A DNA stretch of 64,000 nucleotides from Callorhinchus milii (lineage: Eukaryota). The stretch covers positions 6,822,001-6,886,000 of the forward strand of contig NW_024704743.1 of NCBI RefSeq assembly GCF_018977255.1, written 5' to 3'. This document shows positions 13,900 through 28,026 of this stretch, in pieces. A model generated the notes under the pieces. It was not told the origin of the DNA. It made no database searches and saw nothing but the letters and a program-made list of their open reading frames with translations. The position numbers were made by a program, and so were the translations under genes. Position 1 is the first letter of the stretch. Each line of letters starts with the position of its first letter.

Positions 13900-14297
13900 A
13901 CAACGCATACATTTAATATAGTGTCTTACGTTTAAAATTTTTAAAATCTCTTTAAATAATGGATAGTCACCGTTGCCAAGTAGGCAAACGAGGCAGCAAT
14001 TCGGAATCAGAAACTGTAATAAGGTAGTCATATTCATTCTTCTGCTTGATGTTGGATAAGAGGAATATTGGCAAACACAACACAGAGCTCTTCATATACT
14101 TCCACAGGATCCTTAAAGACTGCTTGAATGTGCAGACAGGATCTTACTTTAACATCCATTCTGAAGGACAGCACAACCAACAATGCAGCACTTTGTAAGG
14201 ACTGCACTGAAACATGAGCCTACAATAAGAGATCAAATCTCAAAACGCATGACCATCTGACCCCAAGATGAGAATTCCACAAGCTGAGCACGCTGGC
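13900..14297 (-). mobile_element. Deu-domain SINE, heavily degraded
   Basis: Reverse-complement Deu core (ggatcc.taaa...tttaacatcc..tctgaaggacagcac...caatgcagcact...actgcactg). Confidence 0.65.
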
Positions 14298-14355
14298 ATG
14301 CAGCTACCCACTCAGATCTCCACCACCTCCAGCAATAATTTTCGTCAACATTAGT

Positions 14356-14780
14356 GTCAGCCTGGCTCAGTTGGAAACATTCTCGTCTGAAGTTTTCAAG
14401 TCAAAAGTGTGAGTTCAGGTTCCAATTCAGGACTCTGAATTCATATAGTCTCAGCTGACACTCCAGTGCAGTACTGGAGATGTGCTCCAATGTTAGAGGT
14501 ACCATCCTTCAGATGAGACAAACTGAGGTCTGGTCAGCCTGGTCAAGTGGGCATTAAATATCCCATGGCACTACTTGAAAAAAAGTTTTTCCCGGTTCTG
14601 GCCAATGATGCCCCAGATAAAATTAGTTGTTTACTCCATTGCTGTTTGGAGTGCACAAATTGGCTGCGGCATACATCTACAAAATGCAGTCACTATACTT
14701 TACAACATATCCTGTCAAGGGCTTTGAGATGTCTTCCTGGCGTGTAAGGCACTCTGTCAGAAGTAAGGATTCATTTATAT
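14356..14780 (+). mobile_element. Deu-domain SINE, near full length
   Basis: GTCAGCCTGGCTCAGTTGG head, GCTGACACTCCAGTGCAGTACTG, CAGATGAGAC, ATCCCATGGCACTA and GCTGTTTG...AAATTGGCTGC. Confidence 0.85.
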
Positions 14781-15994
14781 GTTTGATTTCACCCAATGGT
14801 GTCGCTGGAAAGTAGATTAAAATGGTACAAAGAAATCAAGCTTTAAAAATGAATCCAGTGTCATATATTCCAGTCAAGAAATCAAACCCAAAACACAAAT
14901 ATAATCAGGAGAATATAAAACCAAGTCACATTCAGGTCCACGAACAATGATGAGAAGAGATACCACCATATATAATTACTAAAGATGGGTCAACTTAAAA
15001 TCGACTGCAGCATACTTCCATTCAAATTGCGCCCGAGATTTAAGTGCTATTTAAGAGCTCCAGCAAGATCATCTGAGTGCATAAGCACTGGCATCAGGCA
15101 ATGCAAGGAAAATGGGCATTAATCGTCAAAGGTTTCAATAAGTCAACATACATATGGCGAAGTGACTAATAACAGCTTATATAGTCATATTGTATTTCTG
15201 CACAAAAGAGAAACACATGAGTATGCAAAGATACTGTTTAATGTTCTGCTAGACAGATTATTTTGACCTTTTTTTTCCATTGTTTCCATCTGTGTTTGGC
15301 GAAGAATATCCAGTTTCTTTGTCGATGAGACGATTATTGTTGATCCTGAACACCTCACTATAAATAAACAGTTTGAAGATGAAATTACCATATCCATTCA
15401 TGTCACTTGCAAAATGTGGAACTCACAAATATGCTCCAATTAAAAAATGTATTTATTTTAATTTTGGATATCAAGCATTTCAATATCTAAATTGAAACAT
15501 ACTATTGCAAAAATGCCAATTTCCATTGGCCAGGCTTTCTTATACCAAATTTATATTTCTGGAAGCAATGCAACAGGGAAGCCTGATTTCTATTTCCCCT
15601 TTGATTTGCTCTCGCCAGGGGCTGTAGAAAGCTCTGCACAGCACTAACCATTTTGTTAATGTTAAAAGCCAACTGCAACACTGGCTCAAAACAGTCCTTA
15701 AAGCTGTTGGTCAGTGCAATGGACCATTCAAGAACTTTTATGAGAGCAGCTATAAGTGGAGCCTCAATCCATTTGCACTGCCTGCATTTTATACTGCGGC
15801 AAAAATATCGCCACCTCACCAGCCAGACTCCATTAAAAAAAAATCAGTTTGCAATTTCAATCAGAAAGACATAAATTTGCCACGCAAAAACTAACACATG
15901 CTATGTGACCTACAGGACAGGACTTTAACTTCTGCAGCTGAGGTGCAAAGGTGGAGTTGGGGGGCAAATATCCTTGAAGATGGTGGACTTACAA

Positions 15995-16395
15995 TCAGCC
16001 TGGCTCAGTTGTTAGCAGTTTCCTCAGAAGATTGTGGGTTCAAACCTCACAATGGGACTTTGCCCCCACAGTCGAGCTCCACACTCCAGTGTTGGGATGC
16101 ATTGCATTGTTGCCTTTTGGAATAGATAAACTGCTTGTTCAGATGGACTTTAAAGATCCCATAAAGAGGAGATTTTCCTTGTGTTTTAGCCAACAATCCC
16201 AAAATAAAATTTGTCATTCACTTCATGACCATTTGTGAGACTTTGTCAGGCACAAATTGACTTTCGTTTGCTTTCATTTTCGTTTGCCTACAAATACAGT
16301 CACTACACTTCACTTTTTCATAATAAAACCCTGTGAAATACTTTGAGATGTCTCCATGATGTGATAAGGTGCTTTACCAAAAGCAAGAATTATTA
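15995..16395 (+). mobile_element. Deu-domain SINE, internally deleted
   Basis: Same head, partial core and tail. Confidence 0.75.
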
Positions 16396-17747
16396 CATCT
16401 TCCACTCTGGAAGAAGAATGTGAAACGAGCCAAAAGAGCTTTGCCAACATCTCATAGATGGAGCGTTTTCCATGACGATTCAGTATGACCTTCTCAGAAA
16501 ATGCAGAGTGTATAAACTAGGCATGAAAGGTCACTTTTCATTTGACATTCTAGTGAGTTTGACTGAAGTATTAAGTTGCTGTATCGGTTTGCAACAGCAA
16601 TTTAAATCAACATTCTCTGAGCGGCGGCCCTTTTCATTGCTGACTAAAAGTCACAATACTGTACTTTGCAGGAATCAGCCACTGCTCGGGACGCACTACG
16701 GTGGAGCTACAGCGCTTCTCTGCTATGAAAGTTGTAGTTTAAATCAAAACCTATTTTGTTCAGTAATTAGCATGATACCTGCCCCTCAAATTTTGCTGAT
16801 ACAGTTGCCTTTATAACACTTTTTTTTCAGTTCTTTACAAGATATTTTGGAAGCTTTCAGCTTTCCAAAGTACTGTTGTGGAGTGAAATGGAATGCATTA
16901 AGAAACTGCATGGCATGATATCAGGACAACTGATATTATCGGGACTGCTGACATATTGAACAAGTCGAAAGAAATTACAGCATAACAAATCTGAATGGCA
17001 ATATTCAGGCATCAACTCTTCACCCAGTTTCTTTTGCTGATACCTAAATGACTATCAATACTGTATCTCAGAAGGAAGATATCAGGCAGCCAGTAGTCGG
17101 GGTGCAAAGCACGGCCAAACAAACATTGACTGCACACATGGTTAAAAGAGAATAAAGTTGAGGGGTAGGAGAAAAGAGTGGGATATTGAGAAAAGGGATA
17201 GGGTCTGTGATAGGTACTTGGGTGGAGTACAAACACCACCTGGAATGGATCTGCTGAATCTGAGCTCTAACATCTATGAACCTACCTCTGAAGTAAGTAC
17301 TCTGAGACAGCATCCCACGTGAAAGACTATATAAATGCAAGTTATTGTTGTTACCAGATCCACTGAGGTTCCTTCAGGGCAGTTTTTCCACAACAAAAAT
17401 CCTTTGACCTTGGCCCCAGCTCAAGTTGGGGAAATGTTTCTCATTTGCCTGGGCTTTTTAGGCTTGTGCAACTTTTATTGTTTAGTTATTTTTGTCAGGT
17501 ACAGTCAGCTTGTCACATCCAATACTTTACAGGCCCTATCTGGGTCAGATAATGGCATGTGCGGAACAGAGGCAAACATCTTGCTCAGTCAGCAGACAGC
17601 AGGGGGGCACATCTCCTCATGGTTGTTAAAAGGGCAATATTATTGTTCGAACAGAGGGGCAGGCAATAATTCTGCCTGTCTACTCTGTCTACAGAGGTTT
17701 ACAAAACAATATTTTTTTNGTCAGACAGTGTCTGACACATGCATCCT

Positions 17748-18150
17748 ACCTACACATGGAAATCCCAGAGATAGACTGTTGGAATAGAATGCACACTCTG
17801 TCTCTGGAGGGACGTATCCTACTTACCTAATTCCGGAAAATATCAGGTAAAGGTTAGCAAGAGCCAAGGCTTGGGAATCCCAGAGTGTGTGTTGTGGGTA
17901 ACTGCTGGAGTCTAACCAGTTAAAAACGCATGGCTTGCCATTGATATTGTTGCTTGTCCACCTAGGACCACCCTACCCATTAGGGCTTTGGTTTGCAGGG
18001 TTAACAGGAGCTGAGTGGGATGACTACCTGTCCCCAGTCACTTGTCTGCCCTTCCAGGTCCGGCTAATGAGCCAGACTGGCTGTGCTGTCATCAGCACTG
18101 CCCTGGATTACTGCAGAACCGACTGGCTCAGGAACCAGACTACCGCGAGC
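17748..18150 (+). repeat. Unclassified interspersed repeat (longest copy); others at about 3645-3870 (+), 38545-38892 (-), 52025-52333 (-), 52375-52525 (+)
   Basis: Shared blocks CACATGGAAAT, GGAAT.GAAT, GAGCC.AGGCTTGGG, CTG.TGGA.T.TAACCAG.TAAAA, CTAGGACCA and CT.ATGAGCCAG.CTGGCTG. Confidence 0.8.
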
Positions 18151-21139
18151 ACCAAAGCAATAATATGGAAGCTAACCACAGAGGGGAACCCATTGTTAAA
18201 AGTATATGAGTATTAAATAATGAAAAGTATGGTTTAAAACATGAAGATGTGATAAGGCACTATATCAAATCCAAGGATTATTATTATTTATTATTATAAG
18301 TACCCTAACTGACCATTTAAAAATATGCAGTGGTATGAGAAATCGAAAGCAAATAGGTTAACCTGAAAAACATGTGCATCGCCAAACAGAATTTGCTGTT
18401 TATACACTGCAGTGGCTGATCCCAAGTATTTGGCACACAAATGTTGATAACTGCCATATGCACCATTGGGTGTTTCTTTTTGTCAGATTATCATAATTTT
18501 TTTCATTACTGTTATTAAATTTTTTTATTCTGCAGTCTCATAAAGACTTCAACATTTATGAGCAGTTGTGTAATTTATAGTGTGAGTCTGATAAAAACCA
18601 ACTGAATCTTTCATTCAGAACTACTGTATTAGTCAAATGGCTACAGAACAAATCACAACTAACATACCCTTTGATGAAATGAGTGCTTCACATATGGTAA
18701 CCTATATGAATGTTTAATCCTTCAAAATAAATATATTGATATTGAACCTCAATACATCATAAATAAAACAGATATATATCTCGTAGGGAGTTACAAGGCA
18801 GTAAAGCAATCATTAGGTTTAAGTGATCAACCTCAACTGAACCAAGAAAATAGCTTGAAGGTTTCAGCTTCATTCCAGATGTTTTTACTGTGCAATTTTT
18901 CAAACGTACACACAGGACGTTCTCTTTGGTAGTTATTAATACAAGCAAGTACTCAACAAGCAAAGGAATGCTCAACTTACTAGAACAAATGCATCATTAG
19001 GGCATGACGATCATAAATTGTTCTTCGGTTTATGGATATGCAATCCTTGTTTGGATGGCAATTATTAGGTAAAGGGACAAGAAAAAAAACACAGCTGCTC
19101 TATAGTGACTGAAGTAGCAAGAAAAATTACCAGTCCAATGAGAGATTTGGGAGGTCAGCCGAGCTCACCTGGTTGCACTCTCACCTCTGAGTTTGAAGGT
19201 TCTGTGTTCAAGCCCCATGTTGGGGCTGTTTATGGAACATTTGTGCATAAATACAGTCACTACATTTCACAGTGAATCCTGCTTTTCAGACATCTTCTTG
19301 ATGCGAAAGGTGCTACGCAAATTTACATGGTAGTTTGCGAAACTCCTTTCTTATCTAGTGGTCAGGAAGGCAACAGTGGAATTTGTTCTGAGAGTTACTT
19401 AAATTTAGAGAACGTTTCAGGGGGGACAGAGGGACAGGAAAAAAAACCAAAGTATGTGTGTTTTTTAAAAAAAAGTCTTAACTGGTTTTAATATTGCAAG
19501 ATGAAGTGGAATGTAACAGATTTCACAGTTCAAAAACTTAAGTCTTTTAAGGACAAGATAGATATTTTTCAAAACAATTTTAGGTTTTCCCGAATAATTT
19601 ATAGGCAGATGGAATGCCAAATGTTAAGTGTGACTGGAGAACTCATCAAACAAACAGGAATGGTTCTCTCACATCTTCAAACTGATGATTTTCACTGATG
19701 GACATTGAAAGACTTCCTGATATCTAGGTGGTTTCACCTTGACTGGGCTTGCAGAGTGTAACTTGTTGATACTACTGTATTGCGAAAGTGGGGGATTGGT
19801 TTATTTGCGCAGTAAATGGTTACTTGACCTATAGAATATATCTATATATAGACCTATATCCTGACTACAACTACTGTGCTTAGTAGTAATCTTTGCATTT
19901 AATAAAGTGCCTTATCACATTGAAATATTTCAAAGCACTTCAGAGATTTACTGCAAAGCTTTGTTTCTATGTATCTGCAATTAGACGTAGAGGCCAATAA
20001 GCACACAACAATGTCCCACAAACAGCTATGAAGTGAATGACCATTTGGAGGATTCTTGATCAGAAGTTAAAAATGATTAACCAACTATGTACCGACAGTG
20101 AGAAGTGCCAGCAACAATCCCATAAATTCTCTCACTAATAAATCCACACAAAACTGAGAATCGGGTGGATCAGCATATACAGGCTGCCTTAGGTAGGAAG
20201 TGTACAATAATATAATAATAATCCTTGCATATGATATAGAAATATAGAACCTTATCACATCAAGATGTCTCAAAGCTCTTCACAGGAATTACTGTAAATT
20301 GTACTGACTGTGTATTTGTAGGCTAAATAAGCACAGTGCTCAGATCCCTGACAAAAGCAGAAAGTAAACTTATTAAGTAGCTTTTAAATAGGTTTATTAG
20401 TTTGCCTTTCTTGCTTTTTGTAAAGGGATAAACTCTACAGTTGACCAAAATATGTAACAGTACAATCAGCCTCAAGAGACGATTGGGATGCATGAAGTAC
20501 ATCATTGCCCACATTTGGATCTTGCCCTTTCAGCATAGAGATGAATTTGTCAAAAGTGTAAGGATGCACAGGTTACATTTATAGCAGATCATTTCCATTA
20601 TCGAGGCCTGCACGGCCTTCATGCGCCGTCTTGAAGTTCATTCCAGTTGAAACACAAACCAGTACCAACGAGATGGTTCAAATGGCCTCCTTCTCTGCTG
20701 TAAACAATTCATTTTAATGACCATAGATATGGGAATGCTTGCCCTGAACTCCAGGACTTGAAATCATTTCAGGGTCAGGGAGTCCAACGTGGTTTGACAA
20801 TTTTCTTTCTGAAACCAACAGCTGTTGGTGCAGAAACAGAAGTAGTCACCATTTTTACTGGCTAACTTTCTAACCTTGCAAGTCTCTAGTGTACACTGTA
20901 TGTTGGCAGCATTAAAAATATTCTTTCCGTCGCCAGTGACTTCGTAAGAAGGGGACATGTGGCTATGTCATTTGGAACAATTCGGCGTGAAAGAAGTTGT
21001 GGAGGGAAATAACAGGACCCTGCGGCTAGCTATGTTCCTGTGGACCATTTTTGGGGTAAGTCCAAATGGATAGCACAAAAAAAATCAACTTCAATGTAAG
21101 ACTGAAAGATTGGTTACATTTATAGCACAGTTAACCTGT

Positions 21140-22235
21140 CCCTTTTCCCCTCAAACCCACTGACATCACTTGACCTCTCCTAACCCATCCTTGATCCTTC
21201 TAACCTTGCAAATTACCAGTATATTTCAAACTTACCCTTTATTTCTGAAGTACTGAAATGTGTTGTTGCCAACCAACTTAGCTCACACCTCTCCCTCCAC
21301 TTCCTACTCAAGCCCCTCCAATCCAGCTTCCACCCTGCCCGCAGCACAGAGACAGTGCTCGTCAAAGTCCCAAATGACATCCTCTCTATCTGTGACCAGA
21401 GCTCCCTCTGCCTCCTTGTCCTCCTGGACCTCTCCATTGCCTTCGACATCATCAATCACACCATCCTCCTCCACTGCCTCTCCTCCCTCATCCACCTCAG
21501 TGGGAGCACACTCTCCTGATTCGAATCCTATTTAACAAACCACTGACATTTCATTTCTTTCCTCCCACTTACGCCAGGTCACCAATTCCATCCTTGGCCC
21601 CTTCTTTTCCTCATTTACACACTCCCTCTCGGTGATGTCATCCGGTCAACTTCTACTTGAATGGATGACATCCAAATCTACTTCTGCTCCAGCTGTGACT
21701 CCAGGTATACCAATGTTCTGTAGCTTGCTTATCATACATCAAGACATGAGCCCCAACTTCATGCAGCTAAATGTTGACAAGATGGAAGCCGTACTCCTTG
21801 GCTCCCATCAACATCTTCTCACCTACAGTGCTGACCTCCCCAGCCAAACCCTCAGACTTACTAAGCCTGTGTGTAAGCTTGGTGGCAGGTTTCATCCCCC
21901 AACTGTCCTTTCTACCCCAAATCCAGCCCGCTTTCCTCCACCTCCACCACATTGCCTGCTTCACATCCAACGCAGCCAAAACCCCTATACGCTCATTCGT
22001 TACCTCCTGCCTAAATTATTCCATTACCCTCCTTGATGATCTTCCCAGTTCCCTATCACAGACTGGATCGATTTCAAGAATCCTCACACTCGTTTCCAAA
22101 TCACTTCATACCCTGGCACCTCCCTACCTCTCCCAACTGCTTATTCCCCACTCCACTACCCACCTGAAAAACTCAGAAAAGCGCTTTGGGCATCCTTGCA
22201 ATATGAAAGGTACTATATAAGTGTAAGTTGTATTG
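21140..22235 (+). mobile_element. Degraded L2 LINE (RT to 3' tail, internally deleted)
   Basis: Remnants of YxxISNLPF.SxVLK, QSSFHPARSTETVLVKV.NDIL, LVLLDLSIAFD and LNVDKME; tail at about 22180-22235. Confidence 0.85.
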
Positions 22236-23346
22236 TTCAGTAACCCAGACATAAGCATGCATACAAACTGCAGTGTGGTAAACGAGAAAGAAATAACTCT
22301 GACTTTTATGCCCAAAACGTAGATGCTCCTATGTAATTACAGTCAAGTATAGTGTCTTATTTTGTAGGTAAGAGCAGCAACCATTTTGCACACAGCAAGG
22401 TCCTACCCACAACTATGAGATGAATGACCCATATAAACTGGAGGATTGTTGGCCAGGAGAAACCCGTCTTGTTTTAAATAGTGTCAAATGATATTTAACA
22501 TCCACTCATCACTCTTAACCCATACTGACCTAAAATAAGGAGGTGAAACTAAGCATGCCAATGAGCACATCCCCTTAAGCTAGGGGAAGAAAAAAAGATA
22601 AGTGAATTAATTGCCTGGAGGTAAAAATATGCCATTAACTGCTTGTATGATAGTAAATGACATTTAATAGCTCTATTTGCTTCTCTTCCCATGGGTACAC
22701 TCTTCAGTAACAGCTCACTGCTTCACCCATTTTCATTTTGTATCCAATGACTCTTTATAGTCCTGATGGGACTTGCTCAGCATCATATCACAGGGTCAAT
22801 TATCGTAAATCAGCAGAACGACATCTCCAGCAGACCCTCACTGAAAGGATTAAATACAAGTAGGTCCACAGGATACACTAAACCCCAATCTGCCCAATTA
22901 GGTAAGGAACAGTAGGTTGGCATTCAATGTGAATCAATGTTCTTGTTCCATATTTTACAGCACTGCTCCAAAGCAGCCACTCTCATAAGCAAATTTAATG
23001 TTTAAAGAAGTCACTGCTGTGTGCAATTGATTGCTGCTTTTCGCCAACAAATATACAGTCAATTTATTCTACAGTATATTCTGTGAAGTGCTTTGAGACG
23101 TCTAAAAGACGTGAAAAACGCTATATGAAATGCAAGGGTTATTATATCATTATGCAATATTAAGTGACTTTGCTTTAAACAATGACGTAAACCAACAATC
23201 CAGAAACTCCTTCCCATCTTTAGAAAAAGTCTGTGTTTGAGGGGGAAATTAGTCAATCCTGTGAGAATCACACCTGAAGACAAACCAATAGACAAACCTG
23301 AGGGAAAAAGTAATTTTTTGAAAATAGTTTACACAATATTCTAATA

Positions 23347-23715
23347 TCTGCCTCAGCTGGTAGCACTCTCGCCTCAGAGTCGGAAATCTGTGGGTTCACG
23401 TTAGGGTTTTGAACTCAGTTGGCACTCCAATGCAGTGCTGATGGCACCACTGCATTGTTGTCTGTCTGTCTGCCAAACAGACATTAAAGACATGAAGCTA
23501 TTCAAATAGAAATTTCTCTCGGTGTCCTGGCCAACAATAGCCCAGAGAAAATTGGTCAGTCACTCCATGTTGATTTGTGGGACACTGCTGTGCACATATT
23601 TGACTGCTGCATTCACCCACAAAACACAAAGTCTTTCCATTTTACATTATATCCTGGGGAGCACTTTGAGACATCCTTCTTATGTGAAAGTTTCTGTATC
23701 AAATGGAAGGAATAA
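23347..23715 (+). mobile_element. Deu-domain SINE, degraded
   Basis: CTCAGCTGGTAGCACTCTCGCCTCAGAGTCGG head; GGTGTCCTGGCCAAC; TTTGTGGGACACTGCTGTG. Confidence 0.78.
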
Positions 23716-24149
23716 ATTGCCTAGAAAACACAGTCACTAAACCTGACAGTAAAATCCAGTGAAGCACTATGAGACATCTCAATAATGCAACATCAAATGC
23801 TACATCAAATATGAGGATTTTTTTTCGTGCAAATTGGCTGTCAATTTCACCAACAAAATACACTTTACACTAAATCCTGTGAAGTTCTTTGAGATGACCT
23901 CTTGGCATGAAAGGTAGAATATCAAACGCAAGGATTATAAGATTATTTTGCATTTCTTTTGCATGGCAAAGTTCCATTTTAAGTAAGTTTTGTTCTTATT
24001 TATTTCATAAGATCAATATTTTCCACTTCTGAATATGTGTGCATTAATATTACTGTGGGGGAGGCTGGACATGATCTGGAGAAAAGCATCTGGTTGAAAT
24101 TTCATGCGAAGATGAAGCCAGCAGTGAGGACTGGAAGCAAGTTCAGAAG

Positions 24150-24700
24150 GACACCAACAAATGAGTAGATTGGGCAGAGATATGGTGATGAAATTTAATG
24201 CAGAAAAATGTGGGGTTGTACGTTTTGGGAGGAAGACTAAAGAGAGCAAGTCTATGCTAAATGATAAAACTATAAAATGGAAGCACAAGGACATTGAGGT
24301 TCACATAAACGATTAAAGCTGAGAAGCCAAGTGGACCCGGCTGTGAATAAACCTGATAGCAATCTTGGTTTTATAAATAGGGGCATAGAATATAAAACCA
24401 AAGAGGTAATGTAAAACCAGAGTTAGACTGCAGTTAGAGTATTGTGTCAACTTTTGGTTACCATAAGGAAATCATGGCAATAGAGAGGGTGTGAAGGAGA
24501 TTTCCCAGAACCATACAAGGGATGAATGGTCTGACCTCAGAACAGAAACTGAGGAGTTGGGTTTATTTTTGCTGAAAAAGAGAAGGTTAAAGAGGAATGG
24601 GACAAAGGCAAGTAAATTGGACTGAACGGGGGAGGGAGGGAGAGAGAGAGAACGCAGGCACAATAGATCAAATGGTCTTCAGTGCTGTAAATCTCCATTG
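24150..24700 (+). mobile_element. Degraded CR1-clade LINE C-terminal/3' fragment
   Basis: DWAEIW*MKFNAEKCGVVRFGRK, LGFINRGIEYK and LEYCV.LW-like segments; ends gatcaaatggtcttc, like CR1 3' ends. Confidence 0.85.
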
Positions 24701-24831
24701 TTTCCAATTGGTAGAAAAGTATTATGCACTTTAAATACATTTAGCAGATTAAGTGCTAAACTGGTTTACAAAGGGGATGACAGTGGCACTGAAGAATTAA
24801 TCTCTTCCTTATTCAACAAGTTTATTACAAT

Positions 24832-25161
24832 ATAATAATAATAATAATAATCCTTGCATTTTGATATAGCGCTTTTCACGTCGGGAGGACGTCCCAAAGC
24901 GCTTCACAGAAGAAACTGTAAAGTGAATTGACTGTATATTTGTGGGCAAACGCGGCAGCCAATTGCGCACAGCAATGTCCCACAAACAGTCGTAGATTGA
25001 AAATGACCAATTTATTATTGTTTTTGGTTTTTGGAGGGATTATTATTAGGCTCTGTGTGGAGTAAGGAAACTTGCCCAAGGTTTCGCCCTCTGCCTGGAA
25101 TTGAACTCAGGTCTCTCGCTTGCAAAGCGAGTGCTCTAACCACTGAGCTACAGGACTCCAC
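24832..25161 (-). mobile_element. Young tRNA-Ala-headed SINE (short subfamily), full length
   Basis: GTGGAGTCCTGTAGCTCAGTGG (A box), anticodon arm CTCGC-TTTGCAA-GCGAG (TGC), GTTCAATTCC (B box), L2-like tail and (TTA)n. Confidence 0.95.
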
Positions 25162-26384
25162 GATAGTTAGAAAGATGACCACTGAGCTTGACACATCTCT
25201 CTGAGGAATGAGGTTGGCCATGGTTGGCAAGCTCCTTAACCATAAGTCGTGTGACGCACTGTGGAGATCTACATCAAAGACATAAAAGAACAATTCTCTT
25301 TGCTATTAAAAACTCCAAATTGCTTTAATGCAAGGATGATATTTGATTGCTTCCAGCAGCATAATAGTCAAATAAGAGCCATTATTAGAGTGAGGAGGGA
25401 GAAATTGTGAATGCTTGTCAATTATGGAGAGGCAGTACGCATGGCTGATTTCACAGATCAGGTCGTGTAATTCTATCACTGAGACTTCTGTGCATTAGGG
25501 AAAGGAAAAGAAATAAAAACATAATCTAATAAACACAAGAAATAACTCATTAACTTAGTTTCCAATAACAAGATTTATGCGCATATCTGCCCACAACATC
25601 ATAGAAAATCCACATTTTCTTACTCCCCCAGATCTGCTTTCACCAAGCAATACAAAACCCTAGAGAACGAGGTTCTTCAAAATAAAGTGGTAATAATAAT
25701 AATAATGCTTGTATTTGATATAGTGCCTTTCATGTCATTGAGAAGTCTCAAAGCACTTCACAGGATATACTGTAAGCGTGTATAATTCTTAGGAGGGCAT
25801 CTCAAAGTGCTTCATAGGATTTACCATAAAGTGTAAACCGACGGTTTTGTGAGCGAAATGCGGCAGCTAGTTTGACAGAACGTGAATGGTAGACATTCAG
25901 GTTTGTTTTAAATCAGAAGAATCAATCTTAGAAAGTCAGTCCAGAAGAAGCTCCCAAAGGATCTAGAATCTGAGCTGAACAGACAGTAAAAGTGCTGACA
26001 TGACAAGTCTTCAAGTACTAAACCTACACTTCAGCAAAAAAAATGATTAGCGTAATCCTTTAGTTGTAAGAAAAATAATAGTTTCATATTTATATCCTAG
26101 AAAATATATACAAGATAAATTTACCATAAAATCTAGTTAAATCTCTGAAGCTTAAAACAAGCTGCTTCTCTGATCACCAAATTTACAAACTAACTGGTAT
26201 CAATGTCACCAACGTACAGATGACACACTAAGGACCAGGCAAAGCAACAACCAGGACTTGTACAACAATGTTCCATGAATGATGAACATCCTGAAAAGCT
26301 TCCCAATGTCAATAGTGATCACTGAGCAAGAAGTGTGGGGTGGGGTGGGGGGGAGGTGAAGGTTGGGAAGAGAATGTAAGTTCG

Positions 26385-26640
26385 CACAAACCTCTCCTTC
26401 CACTCCCAACTCGAGCCCCTCTAGTCTGGCTTCCGCCCTACCCACAGCTCCGAGAAGACGCTCCTCAACGTCACAAATGACTTCCTCTCTCTCTGTGACC
26501 ATGGCTCCCTCTGCTTCCTTGTCCTCCTGGACCTCTCCACTTCCTTCAAGCCATCCTCCTCCACCACCTCTTCTCCTTGAACCATCCTTTTGGGACCACA
26601 CTCTCCTGGTTCAAGTCCTACTTAACCAATTGCCATCACT
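26385..26640 (+). mobile_element. L2 RT fragment
   Basis: SGFRPTHSSEKTLLNVTNDFL...LLVLLDLST; homologous to 21280-21540. Confidence 0.8.
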
Positions 26641-27012
26641 TCACTCGAAGCATACACTTCCTTTAGTGGCCTTTAGTGCTGGAGGGAGCTTTAACTTGAT
26701 TGTGCATGCATCCAGCCTTTATTCCTCAGATTTTGTCATTTAGCAAAGTAGCTCAGACTCTAAAGTGAATACCACATGTTGGCAGCATTAATATACCGGA
26801 CCAGATTATTACCTCATTAAAACAATCCATTTGTGCTATTTGGGAAGTGTCATTTTTTTTTACAACTTCCACTCAAGGAATGTTCGTAATAAAAGCGAAT
26901 GGAATAAATAACCATTTGTATTTGTCTTGCAATAATGTGGTCGATGTTCGACTAACTAATACCCAAAACAGTTTTCCATATGCTCGTTCTGTTAGTTTAT
27001 ACTGTGGATTAC

Positions 27013-27131
27013 CTTCACCAGTGAATGAAGGCTTTTTTCACCAAACATATCCCGTAGGAAGGTCAGGTCCTCCTGGCTGTTCACATGTGGCTGCAGCTGG
27101 GTTGGCAAAGAGGCCAACAGTTCATACAGAC
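27013..27131 (-). CDS. MPP7: MPP7 coding exon, 119 nt ([40 protein letters not shown]), L27 domain 1
   Basis: ttcgcag|GTCTGTAT...GTGAAG|gtaatc. Phase 1 to phase 0 fits the neighbouring exons; nearly identical to remembered human [40 protein letters not shown]. Confidence 0.96.
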
Positions 27132-28026
27132 CTGCGAATAAATATGAAACACTATCAGTACAATGCGTTAGGAAACTTTCATAATTTAACCCATACCCAT
27201 TGTGTAGCTGTCAGACTGGGCCGTCCCAGTTTTAATTTAAGGAAACCTACAAGCTGTGTAAAAGAAATGCATCAGAATGAATCTATTCTAAAATCTCTGG
27301 AGATAGTCCAGGGTTACAAAAGGCGCTGCCCTCGCTTTGAGTGGCAAGCTTTCCCGACAGCCTCGGAAAGGTAGACAGTAGCACACTGTTCTACAGTAGC
27401 ATAAAGGACAGTCCATCCATCAAGTAGCAGCCAACATGAGTCAAAGTAATGTAGTTACAGTGAAAGCTGGAGCCGCCTTTAGGGAGGTAACCTGGCATCG
27501 GTTAAAGTCAAGTTGCAGCACATGTTCGATTTTCCAGGAGGATTACACAGTGTAAAAGGACAAACTGTGGCTTTCACCCCCTCTGCTGTCTCCAAACACA
27601 GGCAGGTTCTGACCACCTATAGAGAATATGCCTGTTATTCTTCGGTTTTAACAAACACCTCTCCCATCCCTTCACAAACAGATTTTCATTCTATTAAGTT
27701 AGAATACTCTATTGCAACCTCTCTTTTCCAACCTGCAATGCATGTTTCACAAATGGGATATGGAGTGGGGGGGGGGGGCAGAGTGAGAAAAAATAAATAT
27801 TTGTCACATGATGCATTAAAGTTCATATCTTGTGATTGGCTTACAAAATACCCAAACTAAATGAATCAACATAAAAATATTTCTGCTAAACGAAGTAAGC
27901 TTACTGTTTTTGAAAAGGTGAGCCCTCACCTACATTTTCCATTTACACAGTTTGTGAATATTGTTAGCAGGAATATTGTATCAGAAGCTACCCATGAAAG
28001 CATTTCGGAACGCATGACCAAAAGAG

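Noticed and set aside
26847..27374. 175-aa plus-strand ORF
   Set aside because: Antisense to the MPP7 119-nt exon, non-ATG start, no recognisable protein.
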